Sequence record: NC_052663.1
From: Escherichia phage VEcB
DNA: 64,000 bases
Direction: 5' to 3' (one strand)
Shown: one piece after another, positions 47,548 to 54,962 of the stretch
How the letters are laid out: the number at the start of each line of letters is the position of its first letter
How positions within the stretch are numbered: position 1 is the first letter of the stretch
The notes under the pieces: model-generated
Database searches by the model: none
Seen by the model: the letters and a program-made list of their open reading frames with translations, nothing else
What the model was told of the DNA's origin: nothing
Translations under genes and position numbers: made by a program

Positions 47548-48441
47548 ATGAAAGTTAGTATTCTACATGGTGTTGACTGTTATGTTACTGATGTAGACGT
47601 TAAAGTCTTTACATTCTCTGGTGGAGAACAACATGTTCAACTAGACACGAATCTATCAGGTTTCAATCATGCTACAGACAGAATCTTACTCTCTTTAGAA
47701 GTAAGATCTGCTAAAGACTTGATGACTTTGGTTATGACTAAGAATGCATTGGACAATATGCTATATCATAAACCATATTGTGTTGATTTGCTCATGTTGT
47801 ATGTGCCATATGCACGACAAGACAGAGTGTGTGAACCTGGGGAAGCATTCGGAGTTAAAGCATTTGCTTCTATAATTAATTCATTAAATTTCTCACGTGT
47901 TATCGTTGCTGATCCACATAGTGATGTTACTCCAGCGGTGTTTGACAGACTCTGTGTAATACCTCAAGAAGAGATTGCTTACGAAACTTTAAAGTGGAAG
48001 TTACGTATGGAGAATTTTGCTCTTGTTAGTCCTGATGGTGGTGCTCTTAAGAAAATATTTAAATTATCTAAGAAAATGTCTTTAGATGTGTTCTGTGCAG
48101 AGAAGGTTAGAGATACTGCAACAGGTGCTATTGTTCGTACAGACATTTCTGTACAGGATTTCAATAAGCGTAACCTGATGATCGTAGATGATATCTGTGA
48201 TGGTGGTAGAACTTTTATCGAATTGGCTAAAGTGCTACGTGCTCGTAACGCAGGTAAGATTGAGTTATATGTTACACACGGTATCTTTTCTAAAGGTCTT
48301 AAAGAGTTAAGTGAGCACTTTGACTGCATTCATTCTCTTAATGTGTGGGAAGATAACATCCAAGAAGATTCCGGTGTTCTTGTTAAGAATCAGTCAGATT
48401 TGCAACAACAAATTGTATCTCCATACGTGTGGAATTTTTAA
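47548..48441 (+). CDS. ribose-phosphate pyrophosphokinase family protein (PRPP-synthetase-like; candidate Adps of an NAD+ reconstitution pathway)
   Basis: YARQDR, VSPDGG, MIVDDICDGGRT motifs. Confidence 0.8.
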   Translation: MKVSILHGVDCYVTDVDVKVFTFSGGEQHVQLDTNLSGFNHATDRILLSLEVRSAKDLMTLVMTKNALDNMLYHKPYCVDLLMLYVPYARQDRVCEPGEAFGVKAFASIINSLNFSRVIVADPHSDVTPAVFDRLCVIPQEEIAYETLKWKLRMENFALVSPDGGALKKIFKLSKKMSLDVFCAEKVRDTATGAIVRTDISVQDFNKRNLMIVDDICDGGRTFIELAKVLRARNAGKIELYVTHGIFSKGLKELSEHFDCIHSLNVWEDNIQEDSGVLVKNQSDLQQQIVSPYVWNF

Positions 48442-48451
48442 ATAATAAATG

Positions 48452-48480
48452 TTGACAATAGGGAGTATGCTTAGTAAGAT
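48452..48480 (+). promoter_or_regulatory. sigma70-like promoter TTGACA-N17-TAAGAT
   Basis: consensus -35 and -10 directly upstream of the Nampt-like gene. Confidence 0.55.
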
Positions 48481-48512
48481 ACTCCCACACTAACAAACAA
48501 GGAGACATAACT

Positions 48513-50246
48513 ATGAATATTTTTGCACCTTTTGCTACTGATTGGTATAAGCCTGGTCACAAGCAGATGTACAACCAAAATACAAAACTCATTTTCTCTA
48601 ATTTAACTCCTCGTAATGATAAAAACTTTGCACACTATGCAGATCGTGAAGCACGTGGTGTCATTGTTTTAGGTATTCGTCGAGCAGTAACCGATGCTCT
48701 TGTAACTATGTGGGACGGCTTCTTTAAAATGTCTCGTAGTGCAGCAGTAAATAAATTTTATCGTATGTCTAAAAATGCATTAGGTGCTTCTGCTCCTTCT
48801 GCTGAATGTTGGGGAGAATTGCACGATTTAGGTTATCTTCCGCTAGAAGTTCGATCTCTGCCAGAAGGTGTTTTGTGTCCTATTGGTGTTCCTGTGTTTA
48901 CTGTGCATAACACTTTAGAAAAATTCTTTTGGTTAACTAACTATGTGGAAACACTATTGTCAGATGAAACTTGGAAGACAATGACTAACGCCACAGCAGC
49001 TTTTCAGTATAAGCGTATCGCTATGGCGTATGCGATGGCAACGTGTGATAACATTGATCACGTTAATTTCCAGTGTCATGACTTTAGTCTACGTGGCTTA
49101 AGCAATATCGAAGATGGTTATAAGAGTGGTATCGCTCATTTGGCATCTTTCACAGGAACAGATAATATTCTGGCTATTGAGACTGTGCATGATTATTATG
49201 GTATTGATTATGATCAGTTTGTTGCAGGTTCTATTCCGGCAACAGAACATTCAGTAGCAACGACTAACATTGGAGCTATTGTTGAAGATCTGAAGAAACA
49301 TTTCCCACATCTTAAAGATGATGTTGATGGGCTTCGTTATGTAGCAGAGAAAGAGTTTCTTCGCCGCTATATCGAAGAAATTGTTCCAGAAGGTTTTTGT
49401 TCATATGTAGCAGATTCTTATGACTACTGGGCTGTCTTGACTCGCATTCTGGTAGAATTGAAAGAATCCATTATGTCACGAAATGGTCGTCTTGTTATTC
49501 GTCCAGATTCAGGAGATCCGGTTAAAGTTGTTGCAGGATACAATGTTGAATCTTTTGATAACTATGAAGACCTTTTAAATAATGGTATTGCTCCAGCCAC
49601 TGAAGTAGTTCATTTGGCTGATGTTAATAAGTATTACAATGTTCTTCAGGATTGCAGTGTTGCTGATTGTATTGATGAAACTTATGAGATTCCTTATTGT
49701 GAAGCAGTAGGTTCTATTCAAATCCTTTGGGAAGTGTTTGGTGGTACTATCAACCGAAAAGGCTACAAGGTTCTTGATCAGCACATCGGTATGATTTATG
49801 GTGATTCTATTACTGTTGAACGAGAACACGAAATCTTACGCCGACTGAAGAAGAAAGGTTTTGCAGCTTCCAATATTGTATTTGGTGTTGGTAGTTATAC
49901 TTATCAGTTCAATACACGAGATACTTTTGGTTTTGCTGTTAAAGCAACAGGTAGTATCATCGGTGAACACGAAATTTTGGTAAGTAAGGAGCCTAAAACT
50001 GATCCTGGTAAACGTTCTGCAAAAGGTTTTATTAAGGTTGTTAAGGATACAAACGGTAAACTTTCTCTCGTGGATAATCTTTCTTTTAAAGATATTCAAG
50101 ATGAAGACAATGAGTTAAAAGTTATCTTCAGGGATGGTACGGTTATTACACCACAAGTAGAAGGACGTGATGAAACATTTACGGATATCCGCAATCGTGT
50201 TGATGTAGAGGTTCTTCGTACTATGGGAACCATCCAGGTTGACTAA
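48513..50246 (+). CDS. nicotinamide phosphoribosyltransferase family protein (Nampt/NadV-like; candidate Namat)
   Basis: 577 aa; N-terminal FATDWYKPGHKQMY and overall layout typical of the Nampt family. Confidence 0.8.
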   Translation: MNIFAPFATDWYKPGHKQMYNQNTKLIFSNLTPRNDKNFAHYADREARGVIVLGIRRAVTDALVTMWDGFFKMSRSAAVNKFYRMSKNALGASAPSAECWGELHDLGYLPLEVRSLPEGVLCPIGVPVFTVHNTLEKFFWLTNYVETLLSDETWKTMTNATAAFQYKRIAMAYAMATCDNIDHVNFQCHDFSLRGLSNIEDGYKSGIAHLASFTGTDNILAIETVHDYYGIDYDQFVAGSIPATEHSVATTNIGAIVEDLKKHFPHLKDDVDGLRYVAEKEFLRRYIEEIVPEGFCSYVADSYDYWAVLTRILVELKESIMSRNGRLVIRPDSGDPVKVVAGYNVESFDNYEDLLNNGIAPATEVVHLADVNKYYNVLQDCSVADCIDETYEIPYCEAVGSIQILWEVFGGTINRKGYKVLDQHIGMIYGDSITVEREHEILRRLKKKGFAASNIVFGVGSYTYQFNTRDTFGFAVKATGSIIGEHEILVSKEPKTDPGKRSAKGFIKVVKDTNGKLSLVDNLSFKDIQDEDNELKVIFRDGTVITPQVEGRDETFTDIRNRVDVEVLRTMGTIQVD

Positions 50247-50317
50247 ATAAAAACTTCGTGATAAGATTAAGGTAAGGAGAGCCTGCAACTGCCCTGGATG
50301 GGCTTCACGAAGGATTT

Positions 50318-50539
50318 ATGAAACAACATAATTTTTATTTTCGTTGCCGAGCCTGTAACAGACACTTGACTAATCATTCCCGTAGAGACAGGAATGGTAA
50401 TATTCAAGAGTCGGATCTATGCTCGATTTGTACAAGTTTGGCATTCGACGACAGTCCCGAAAGGGTTTATCAACATCAAAGTGTAACTGATCTTCTTCTA
50501 AATTACACAGCACCAGAGGAGGAATTAGATTTCACATAA
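50318..50539 (+). CDS. small zinc-ribbon protein
   Basis: CRACNRH...CSIC cysteine pairs in a 73-aa ORF. Confidence 0.4.
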   Translation: MKQHNFYFRCRACNRHLTNHSRRDRNGNIQESDLCSICTSLAFDDSPERVYQHQSVTDLLLNYTAPEEELDFT

Positions 50540-50659
50540 TTAAGGAAACAGTATGTCTACAGAAATTATTTTTGGCTTATCTGTTTTTATTGCTCTTGTA
50601 TCTTTTGTATGCGGTTATACACTAGGTTACAGATCAAGAAAAAATATTGTAAAAACTAG

Positions 50660-50689
50660 TTGACAACATAGCTAGTTATTTGCTAAGAT
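50660..50689 (+). promoter_or_regulatory. sigma70-like promoter TTGACA-N18-TAAGAT
   Basis: hexamers upstream of 50720 gene and the first tRNA block. Confidence 0.5.
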
Positions 50690-50719
50690 AAGCCCAAGTT
50701 AAACAAAAAGGAGAAAACT

Positions 50720-50986
50720 ATGACAGAACGTACTTATGGTAAAGAATTGATTGAGAAGCACGTATTGATTGATAATAAAGGTGGAGCAATCTTTATTTTT
50801 GAACCTGAATCAGTTCTTACTGAAAACGAAAATGGTAGCGTTAGCCTTAAAACAGAAAGTTTGGTAATTGACTTCCTTGCTCTTCTGGATGAAATGGGGC
50901 TTCCTCACGAAGAAGAAGCAGCTATTGCTTTGATTGCAGTTCTTCTGGAGAAACGCGAAGCTGGTGAAATGACCCAGTATGCTTAA
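50720..50986 (+). CDS. hypothetical protein
   Basis: 88-aa ORF with AAGGAG SD. Confidence 0.45.
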   Translation: MTERTYGKELIEKHVLIDNKGGAIFIFEPESVLTENENGSVSLKTESLVIDFLALLDEMGLPHEEEAAIALIAVLLEKREAGEMTQYA

Positions 50987-50994
50987 TATTCAAG

Positions 50995-51070
50995 GTTCCA
51001 TAGCTCACTGACGAGAGCGCACACCTCATAAGTGTCGAGGGCAGGGATTGTAACCCTGGGGAACCACCAT
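50995..51070 (+). tRNA. tRNA-Met (anticodon CAT)
   Basis: acceptor GGTTCCA/GGGAACC, anticodon loop CTCATAA, CCA encoded; T-loop atypical. Confidence 0.6.
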
Positions 51071-51101
51071 TTAAAAGGAGGTGCTATGCATCTCCTATAT
51101 G

Positions 51102-51187
51102 CAAGTGTGGTGGAATTGGTGATACACATTGTGCTTAAAACGCAACGCTTAAATGATTGAGGGTTCGAATCCCTCCACTTGCACCAA
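51102..51187 (+). tRNA. tRNA-Leu (anticodon TAA), class II
   Basis: acceptor GCAAGTG/CACTTGC, anticodon loop CTTAAAA, long variable arm, T-loop TTCGAAT, CCA. Confidence 0.7.
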
Positions 51188-51189
51188 CG

Positions 51190-51295
51190 CCTAGTAGGGT
51201 ATTTGGTAATTCCGAGGCCATCAAAGCCTGAAAAATATGTTAGACCGTTTTGTCTAACTAAATACGAAATATGGTTCGATTCCATAACTAGGCTC
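51190..51295 (+). tRNA. atypical tRNA-like gene (about 106 nt; anticodon-like loop CATCAAA, TCA)
   Basis: perfect 7-bp acceptor GCCTAGT/ACTAGGC and T-arm TATGG-TTCGATT-CCATA but about 30 extra nt with a 7-bp extra hairpin. Confidence 0.35.
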
Positions 51296-51329
51296 CCGAT
51301 TTAAATAGTAATTTTTTAATAAAAATATC

Positions 51330-51358
51330 TTGACATTTACTTAGTTTTTTGTTATAGT
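51330..51358 (+). promoter_or_regulatory. sigma70-like promoter TTGACA-N17-TATAGT
   Basis: consensus hexamers immediately upstream of tRNA-like gene at 51370. Confidence 0.6.
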
Positions 51359-51369
51359 TACTATGAAAA

Positions 51370-51451
51370 CGGGGTGTATCTCACCTGACTTCTAATCAGG
51401 CGTTAACCGAGTAATTGGAGTATGCAGGTTCGAATCCTGTCACCCCGGCCA
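51370..51451 (+). tRNA. atypical tRNA-like gene (anticodon-like hairpin with TCT, no canonical D-arm)
   Basis: acceptor CGGGGTG/CACCCCG, T-arm GCAGG-TTCGAAT-CCTGT, CCA; hairpin CCTGA-CTTCTAA-TCAGG lies too close to the 5' end. Confidence 0.35.
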
Positions 51452-51469
51452 AAAAGTTTTAAAAACTAC

Positions 51470-51499
51470 TTGACAAGCAAGATAGTTTTATGTTAGATT
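51470..51499 (+). promoter_or_regulatory. sigma70-like promoter TTGACA-N18-TAGATT
   Basis: hexamers upstream of tRNA-Ser at 51515. Confidence 0.55.
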
Positions 51500-51514
51500 T
51501 AAAGTATGGTAACA

Positions 51515-51604
51515 GGAAGGTAGGGCGCAGCGGTGCGCAACCAGGTTTGAACCCTGGCCCATTGTAGCGATACGGTGATGGTTCGACTCCATTATCTTCC
51601 TCCA
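51515..51604 (+). tRNA. tRNA-Ser (anticodon TGA), class II
   Basis: acceptor GGAAGGT/ATCTTCC, anticodon stem-loop CCAGG-TTTGAAC-CCTGG, long variable arm, CCA. Confidence 0.7.
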
Positions 51605-51782
51605 AATTCAATGAGTGATTTTATGAATTATAAAACTATTGGACAGGTTGTTACCGGAGTTAAGATTGTAAATAATAAAGTTGTTTATGAGTATTCTAAT
51701 CTTCAACAATCTGAAGATGGTAAGAATATTCGTATGGTAAAAGCAGAACAAAAAGATTCCGGTTGTTTTGAATAATTAAAAA

Positions 51783-51868
51783 CGGTAGATTGGTGAAATG
51801 GTAGCCACAACAGTTTGCTAAACTGTCGTCGGAAACGGCGTGTAGGTTCAAGTCCTACATCTACCGCC
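51783..51868 (+). tRNA. tRNA-Ser (anticodon GCT), class II
   Basis: acceptor GGTAGAT/ATCTACC, anticodon stem-loop ACAGT-TTGCTAA-ACTGT, long variable arm, CCA. Confidence 0.7.
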
Positions 51869-51997
51869 AAGTTATCTTTAATGTAGCGTTGAGGCTACTT
51901 ACTTTAGCAGAGTAAACTTTCGGCAGATGGTGGCAGCCATTTTACCGATACCTCATAGTCAGTGCCGCAAACACTGGCTATTTTAAAGATAATTTAT

Positions 51998-52072
51998 ACA
52001 TCGTTAGCTTAGTTGGTAGAGCAAGGGCTTTTAACTCCAAGGTCGAAGGTTCGAATCCTTCACGATGTACCA
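51998..52072 (+). tRNA. tRNA, probably Lys (anticodon TTT)
   Basis: acceptor ACATCGT/ACGATGT, D-loop AGTTGGTA, loop CTTTTAA, T-loop TTCGAAT, CCA; anticodon stem weak. Confidence 0.5.
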
Positions 52073-52077
52073 AACAC

Positions 52078-52164
52078 GTAGGTATCGCATAGCGGCAATT
52101 GCTGGAGACTGTAAATCTCCTGCCCTTCGGGGCTTCGTTGGTTCGAGTCCAACTACCTGCACCA
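52078..52164 (+). tRNA. tRNA-Tyr (anticodon GTA), class II
   Basis: acceptor GTAGGTA/TACCTGC, anticodon stem-loop GGAGA-CTGTAAA-TCTCC, long variable arm, CCA. Confidence 0.7.
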
Positions 52165-52171
52165 AATTAAA

Positions 52172-52256
52172 GATGGATTGGCCTAGTGGTTGGGCGACGG
52201 ACTGTTAATCCGTGAACGAAAGTTCTAGCAAGGTTCAAATCCTTGATCCATCGCCA
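52172..52256 (+). tRNA. class II (long-variable-arm) tRNA with anticodon GTT
   Basis: acceptor GATGGAT/ATCCATC, perfect anticodon stem ACGGA/TCCGT with loop CTGTTAA, 15-nt variable arm, discriminator G, CCA. Confidence 0.55.
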
Positions 52257-52260
52257 AATA

Positions 52261-52329
52261 GTGCTTGTAGAGTTAATAGAAACCTCTAGAATTTTCTAGA
52301 ATTGTAGGTATCAAATCCTACCAAGCAAA
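52261..52329 (+). other. degenerate tRNA-like element
   Basis: 6-bp acceptor-like pairing and T-arm-like GTAGG-TATCAAA-CCTAC but palindromic TCTAGAATTTTCTAGA instead of anticodon arm, no CCA. Confidence 0.25.
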
Positions 52330-52335
52330 TATTTT

Positions 52336-52410
52336 GCTCCTATCGTATAACGGCTATTACGGTTGCCTTGTAAGCAACTTATCAGGGTTCGAGTCCTTGT
52401 GGGAGCACCA
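52336..52410 (+). tRNA. tRNA-Thr (anticodon TGT)
   Basis: acceptor GCTCCTA/TGGGAGC, anticodon stem-loop GTTGC-CTTGTAA-GCAAC, T-loop TTCGAGT, CCA. Confidence 0.7.
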
Positions 52411-52427
52411 ATTTTAACTCTAAAGGA

Positions 52428-52757
52428 GTGTATGTGACAGAAAAAGAGTTAGAGAAATATTTTAATATCAATGTTTTCGATGGTTTTGATGATATTGAAG
52501 ATGTTGAAAGATATTATGAAGTAGAGTTAGATAGGGATAACATTGTAATTCTTTCTGCCACTTATGATTGTGCATATTATGAAGGCGAATCTCACGTTTA
52601 TTTTTATGATATGAAAACATCTTTGTTTTATGAAGTACACGCATATCATTGTTCTTGTTATGGCTTAGAAGGTCAGTGGGAACCTGAAGAAATAGGTGAT
52701 TTGGACTTTACTATTGCATATCTAAACAGACGTGGTTCATCTACTATTTTAAAATAA
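52428..52757 (+). CDS. hypothetical protein
   Basis: 109-aa ORF (GTG start after AAGGAG) inside the tRNA cluster. Confidence 0.45.
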   Translation: MYVTEKELEKYFNINVFDGFDDIEDVERYYEVELDRDNIVILSATYDCAYYEGESHVYFYDMKTSLFYEVHAYHCSCYGLEGQWEPEEIGDLDFTIAYLNRRGSSTILK

Positions 52758-52771
52758 ATATCAAAAGCCTC

Positions 52772-52801
52772 TTGACAAAGGGGCTAATAATATGTTAGAG
52801 T
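52772..52801 (+). promoter_or_regulatory. sigma70-like promoter TTGACA-N18-TAGAGT
   Basis: hexamers upstream of tRNA-Gly. Confidence 0.5.
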
Positions 52802-52812
52802 AATATTGTTAA

Positions 52813-52887
52813 GCGGGTATAGTGTTAATGGTAGCATATGAGGTTTCCACCCTCCAGGTGCAGGTTCAAGTCCTGTTACTCGCTCCA
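52813..52887 (+). tRNA. tRNA-Gly (anticodon TCC)
   Basis: acceptor GCGGGTA/TACTCGC, anticodon loop TTTCCAC, T-loop TTCAAGT, CCA. Confidence 0.65.
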
Positions 52888-52986
52888 AGATTATTTAAAT
52901 GGAATCGCTAGAGAAAATTTCTCTTTTTGCTCATGGTTTTCTCCTTCAAACTCTAGCGGTTCTTTTTAAGTGATTTTTTAGTTTAT

Positions 52987-53061
52987 TGGAGATTAGCCTA
53001 GTGGGAAGGCAACGGCCTTTGAAGTCGTGATGACTAGGTTCGATTCCTAGATCTCCAGCCA
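52987..53061 (+). tRNA. tRNA-Gln (anticodon TTG)
   Basis: acceptor TGGAGAT/ATCTCCA, anticodon stem-loop ACGGC-CTTTGAA-GTCGT, T-loop TTCGATT, CCA. Confidence 0.65.
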
Positions 53062-53103
53062 ATTAATTGCATAGCATGAGTATTTCTCATTGGTTAAAAG
53101 GAG

Positions 53104-53469
53104 ATGCAAGTGAATTGTGAACATTGTGGTAGTGAGTTTACTTTGATAAAAGGTCATGGTGGACAAAACAGATTATACTGTTACACTTGTATTCCAGAAG
53201 GTTTAGATAAACAAGTACACACAAGATTACATCAAGAGCTTAGAAGAGAGCGATCTCATAGGATGAAACTTGATTTAGGTTGCAAAGTGTGTGGTTATGC
53301 TAAATGTGCAGTAGCACTAGAATGGCATCACCCAGAGGACGATAAGAAACACAATCCATCAAATGCAATCAAAAGATCTTGGTCTGCTTACTTAGAAGAG
53401 ACTGAAAAGTGTATCTTACTATGTGCCAATTGTCATAGAGAAGTACATGCTGGTCTTATACAGGTTTAA
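53104..53469 (+). CDS. HNH endonuclease (free-standing, inside tRNA cluster)
   Basis: CEHCG...CYTC zinc ribbon then WHHPEDDKKHN...CANCHREVH HNH motif. Confidence 0.7.
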   Translation: MQVNCEHCGSEFTLIKGHGGQNRLYCYTCIPEGLDKQVHTRLHQELRRERSHRMKLDLGCKVCGYAKCAVALEWHHPEDDKKHNPSNAIKRSWSAYLEETEKCILLCANCHREVHAGLIQV

Positions 53470-53470
53470 T

Positions 53471-53546
53471 CAGTGCGTAGCGCAGTTGGTAGCGTGGGAG
53501 CCTTGGACGCTTCAGGTCGCAGGTTCGAGTCCTGCCGCACTGACCA
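53471..53546 (+). tRNA. tRNA-Pro (anticodon TGG)
   Basis: acceptor CAGTGCG/CGCACTG, D-loop AGTTGGTA, anticodon stem-loop GGAGC-CTTGGAC-GCTTC, T-loop TTCGAGT, CCA. Confidence 0.7.
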
Positions 53547-53551
53547 AATTT

Positions 53552-53626
53552 GCAGAGATAGCTGAGACGGATTAGTGCTACCCTGAAAAGGTAGAAAGGA
53601 TGGATCGTTACCATCTCTCTGCACCA
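53552..53626 (+). tRNA. tRNA-Phe (anticodon GAA)
   Basis: acceptor GCAGAGA/TCTCTGC, anticodon stem-loop CTACC-CTGAAAA-GGTAG, CCA; T-loop ATCGTTA atypical. Confidence 0.65.
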
Positions 53627-53703
53627 AATAACACCATCCAAGGAGTAGACTTGGTTAACTGTCAATAGCACATTGAGGCTTCTTACAGTGGTGTACTTAT
53701 TAT

Positions 53704-53788
53704 GGCTAAGTGGTGGAATGGTATACACGATACGCTTAGAACGTATTGCCCCAAGGGATTGTGAGTTCGAGTCTCACCTTAGCTACCA
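53704..53788 (+). tRNA. tRNA-Leu (anticodon TAG), class II
   Basis: acceptor GGCTAAG/CTTAGCT, anticodon stem-loop ATACG-CTTAGAA-CGTAT, long variable arm, T-loop TTCGAGT, CCA. Confidence 0.7.
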
Positions 53789-53803
53789 AATTATTACAGA
53801 TTG

Positions 53804-53882
53804 TGCGGGATAGAGGAGTCTGGTCGTCCTCGCCAGTTTCATATGCTGGAGATCATCGGTTCGAATCCGATTCCCGCCTCCA
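53804..53882 (+). tRNA. tRNA with anticodon CAT (Met or lysidine-type Ile)
   Basis: acceptor TGCGGGA/TCCCGCC (1:72 unpaired), anticodon stem-loop CCAGT-TTCATAT-GCTGG, T-loop TTCGAAT, CCA. Confidence 0.6.
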
Positions 53883-53947
53883 ATAAATACCTCCCTTCTG
53901 GTGTAATGATTAAGTTACATTGACACTTCAAGGAAATCATAGCCGGG

Positions 53948-54023
53948 TAGATTTAAAAGAGTATGGTACTCAATATGGCTCCAAACCATAGATCAAGGGG
54001 TTCGATTCCTCACCTTGCTGCCA
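53948..54023 (+). tRNA. tRNA-like gene, possibly Trp (anticodon CCA); acceptor pairing not confirmed
   Basis: anticodon stem-loop TATGG-CTCCAAA-CCATA and T-loop TTCGATT plus CCA, but no 5' strand complementary to CCTTGCT found. Confidence 0.3.
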
Positions 54024-54028
54024 ATTAT

Positions 54029-54104
54029 TGTGGTATCGTACAGATGGTTAGTACACTCGACCGATAATCGAGAAACAACGGTTCGACTCCGTTTACCACG
54101 ACCA
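54029..54104 (+). tRNA. tRNA-Ile (anticodon GAT)
   Basis: acceptor TGTGGTA/TACCACG, anticodon stem-loop CTCGA-CCGATAA-TCGAG, T-loop TTCGACT, CCA. Confidence 0.65.
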
Positions 54105-54161
54105 AACTCCGTGCCAGCGGTGTCTTCGAAGAACAAGCCTAGTTCCTTCTGAGATGGAGGG

Positions 54162-54485
54162 GTGCGACTCCTTAACGCACAACATACTACTACTAAATAC
54201 TTATCAGGAGATATCATGTATACTTTAAAAGTAATTCGCAAGTTTCCTCAAGAAGAGGAAGTAAGAATTTATAACACTGTACCATTCGTAGTAAATGAAG
54301 AAGAATTCTTTTATTGCTTAGAAGATGAAGTAATTATTCAATATCATTGGGAAGGTTACGACAGACAAGATGGTGTTGTAGCTTCTGTGCTTGCTGGTGA
54401 TAGAGTGTTATTCATTCACAAGACTGAATCAGCATATTTAATGAATGATAAAGGACAAACTGTTAAAGTAATTAACAGACCATAA
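54162..54485 (+). CDS. hypothetical protein
   Basis: 107-aa ORF (GTG start) right after tRNA cluster. Confidence 0.4.
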   Translation: MRLLNAQHTTTKYLSGDIMYTLKVIRKFPQEEEVRIYNTVPFVVNEEEFFYCLEDEVIIQYHWEGYDRQDGVVASVLAGDRVLFIHKTESAYLMNDKGQTVKVINRP

Positions 54486-54561
54486 AGAATTTTATAAAAG
54501 CCTCCTCTTTGGAGGTTTTTTATTATCTATAAAATAAAGATCTTTACAAAACGTATAAAAT

Positions 54562-54882
54562 ATGTTATCCTTAAGTAAGGAGGTGCATATTATGCCTAAA
54601 TTGAAAAGAGGTCGAGGTAGACCTACAGCCGAAATGCAACAGATTTATGCTATGGATGCTGCACAGGCGCAAGTAAAAGAAATTTTTGCTGGTCGTTATT
54701 TAGATGCTATGCGTTACATTGCAGATCTTGTTGTAGATGAAAAGGCTTCTGCTAATATTAAGTTGACTGCTTCTAAGATCATCAAAGAACAAGTAGAAGA
54801 ATGGCTGGAAGAACATTATGAATCTATGGAAGAAGAAGATATTCTTCCAGAAAATTCTCCCCCTCAAAAAATCGTTATCTAA
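54562..54882 (+). CDS. hypothetical DNA-binding protein (possible small terminase subunit)
   Basis: probable start at internal MPKLKRGRGRPT after AAGGAGG; position upstream of large terminase. Confidence 0.35.
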   Translation: MLSLSKEVHIMPKLKRGRGRPTAEMQQIYAMDAAQAQVKEIFAGRYLDAMRYIADLVVDEKASANIKLTASKIIKEQVEEWLEEHYESMEEEDILPENSPPQKIVI

Positions 54883-54930
54883 TTCTCCTCTCTTGGGAAC
54901 TTTGTTCCCCCCCTCTCCTTGTTAATTAAC

Positions 54931-54962
54931 ACCCCTTTCCGAAAGGTTAGGGGGTTTTTTAT
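54931..54962 (+). terminator. rho-independent terminator
   Basis: CCTTT-CCG-AAAGG hairpin nested in CCCC/GGGGG followed by TTTTTT after 54882 stop. Confidence 0.6.

Noticed and set aside
50983-51285. 100-aa minus-strand ORF
   Set aside because: Overlaps tRNA-Met, tRNA-Leu and the tRNA-like gene on the opposite strand; artefact of stop-free tRNA sequence.
51575-51775. 66-aa plus-strand ORF starting inside the T-arm of tRNA-Ser(TGA)
   Set aside because: Annotated start (GTG) is within the tRNA; a shorter peptide from an internal ATG near 51613 is possible but unsupported, so not called.
53456-54241. Minus-strand ORFs 53456-53728 and 53993-54241
   Set aside because: Overlap plus-strand tRNA genes and the HNH gene end; no SD, spurious.
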